A stretch of 64,000 nucleotides of DNA from Glaucostegus cemiculus (taxonomy: Eukaryota), in NCBI GenBank assembly GCA_976551045.1, contig CDPCPM010000045.1, positions 18,290,001-18,354,000 of the forward strand, read 5' to 3'. The notes beneath the pieces are model-generated. The model had not been told where the DNA came from and ran no database searches. It worked only from the letters and a program-made list of their open reading frames with translations. Shown here piece after piece: positions 63,440 to 64,000 of the stretch (position 1 is its first letter; the number at the start of each line of letters is the position of its first letter). A program made the translations under genes and the position numbers.

Positions 63440-63770
63440 ACCAGTAAATTGCCAAATGAATGGAAGCAATGGAAGGAGGAAGTTTCTTTGTTGAGTTAGC
63501 AATGTCTAATAAAGAGGAGGAAACAAAAGCGATGATGCTGTTCTGCCAGTTTGCTTGTTGAGGCAGAGAGCTCTACTGAACAATCAGGCCTACACGTGAG
63601 ATGCTGTAATAGGTCCTCAAAGTCTTAAAAATTACTACAGCCTTCCACACAATGAGACAGTGGACAGATTAATATTTTTGAGGAGATATCAGGAAAACGG
63701 GAAGCCATTTGACTCATACTTGGCAGAACTATATTTACTGATCTGGGAGACTTGTTGATCTAGGAAAGGA
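63440..63770 (+). mobile_element. Gypsy-type gag relic
   Basis: Frameshifted LPNEWKQWKEE..LAMSNKEEETKAMML ... YYSLPHNETVDRLIFLRRYQENGKPFDSYLAEL.LL..TC matches the W..W / NET.ER..F..R.Q..GE.FD.Y..L gag pattern. Confidence 0.6.
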
Positions 63771-64000
63771 TTTTTAGCTAAACTTAAGATGCAAAATTGA
63801 TGGAGTGTGTATTGGGAGAATAGACTTAGTGTGGCAGCAAGGAGCCCTGATAAAACTTAAGGCAAGGGGAAATTCAGGAGAAAGTCTAACATTCAGTGAC
63901 GTTACCAACACTGAGATTCCTGTACCCCTACCATCCCCATCAATGTTCTGGGCATCATCATTTATCAGAAATGCAACTGAACTGGCAACATAAATACCAT

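Larger units (their letters stand above)
900..64000 (+). other. ODAD2: ODAD2/ARMC4 gene, 5' part (continues past the window end)
   Basis: Ten exons with canonical AG/GT ends join in consistent phases (2,1,2,1,0,0,2,2,0,0) into 530 aa. The protein is recognisably ARMC4: MGAALTRAAQWTAAG..., [42 protein letters not shown]|[17 protein letters not shown]. The TSS position is approximate. Confidence 0.96.

Overview
This is a eukaryotic (vertebrate) genomic window, most likely from a shark or ray, inferred from its repeat content: V-domain/HE1-like SINEs, CR1/HER1-like LINEs, Deu-domain SINEs and Penelope elements. It holds the 5' half of ODAD2/ARMC4 (outer dynein arm docking subunit, a motile cilia gene) on the + strand. 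The gene comprises a CpG-island promoter with two RFX X-boxes, a predicted non-coding exon 1 and ten GT-AG coding exons (1406-61253). These splice into one open frame of 1590 nt (530 aa) ending in the first armadillo repeat; the rest of the gene lies beyond the window. Introns are dense in mostly decayed transposons: CR1, L2, two Rex1/Babar families, Penelope, SINEs, pogo/Tigger-type MITEs, PIF/Harbinger relics, a solo LTR with a perfect 5-bp TSD and a Gypsy gag relic. Most ORFs in the supplied track are repeat fragments or chance ORFs. I did not find convincing evidence of a wholly new biological system. The most notable items are a young Rex1-like RT ORF, one SINE body carrying two different LINE-derived tails, an odd splice acceptor with an in-frame alternative, and decayed hammerhead-like motifs in Penelope termini. 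Family assignments rest on motif recognition from memory, not database searches, and repeat boundaries are approximate.
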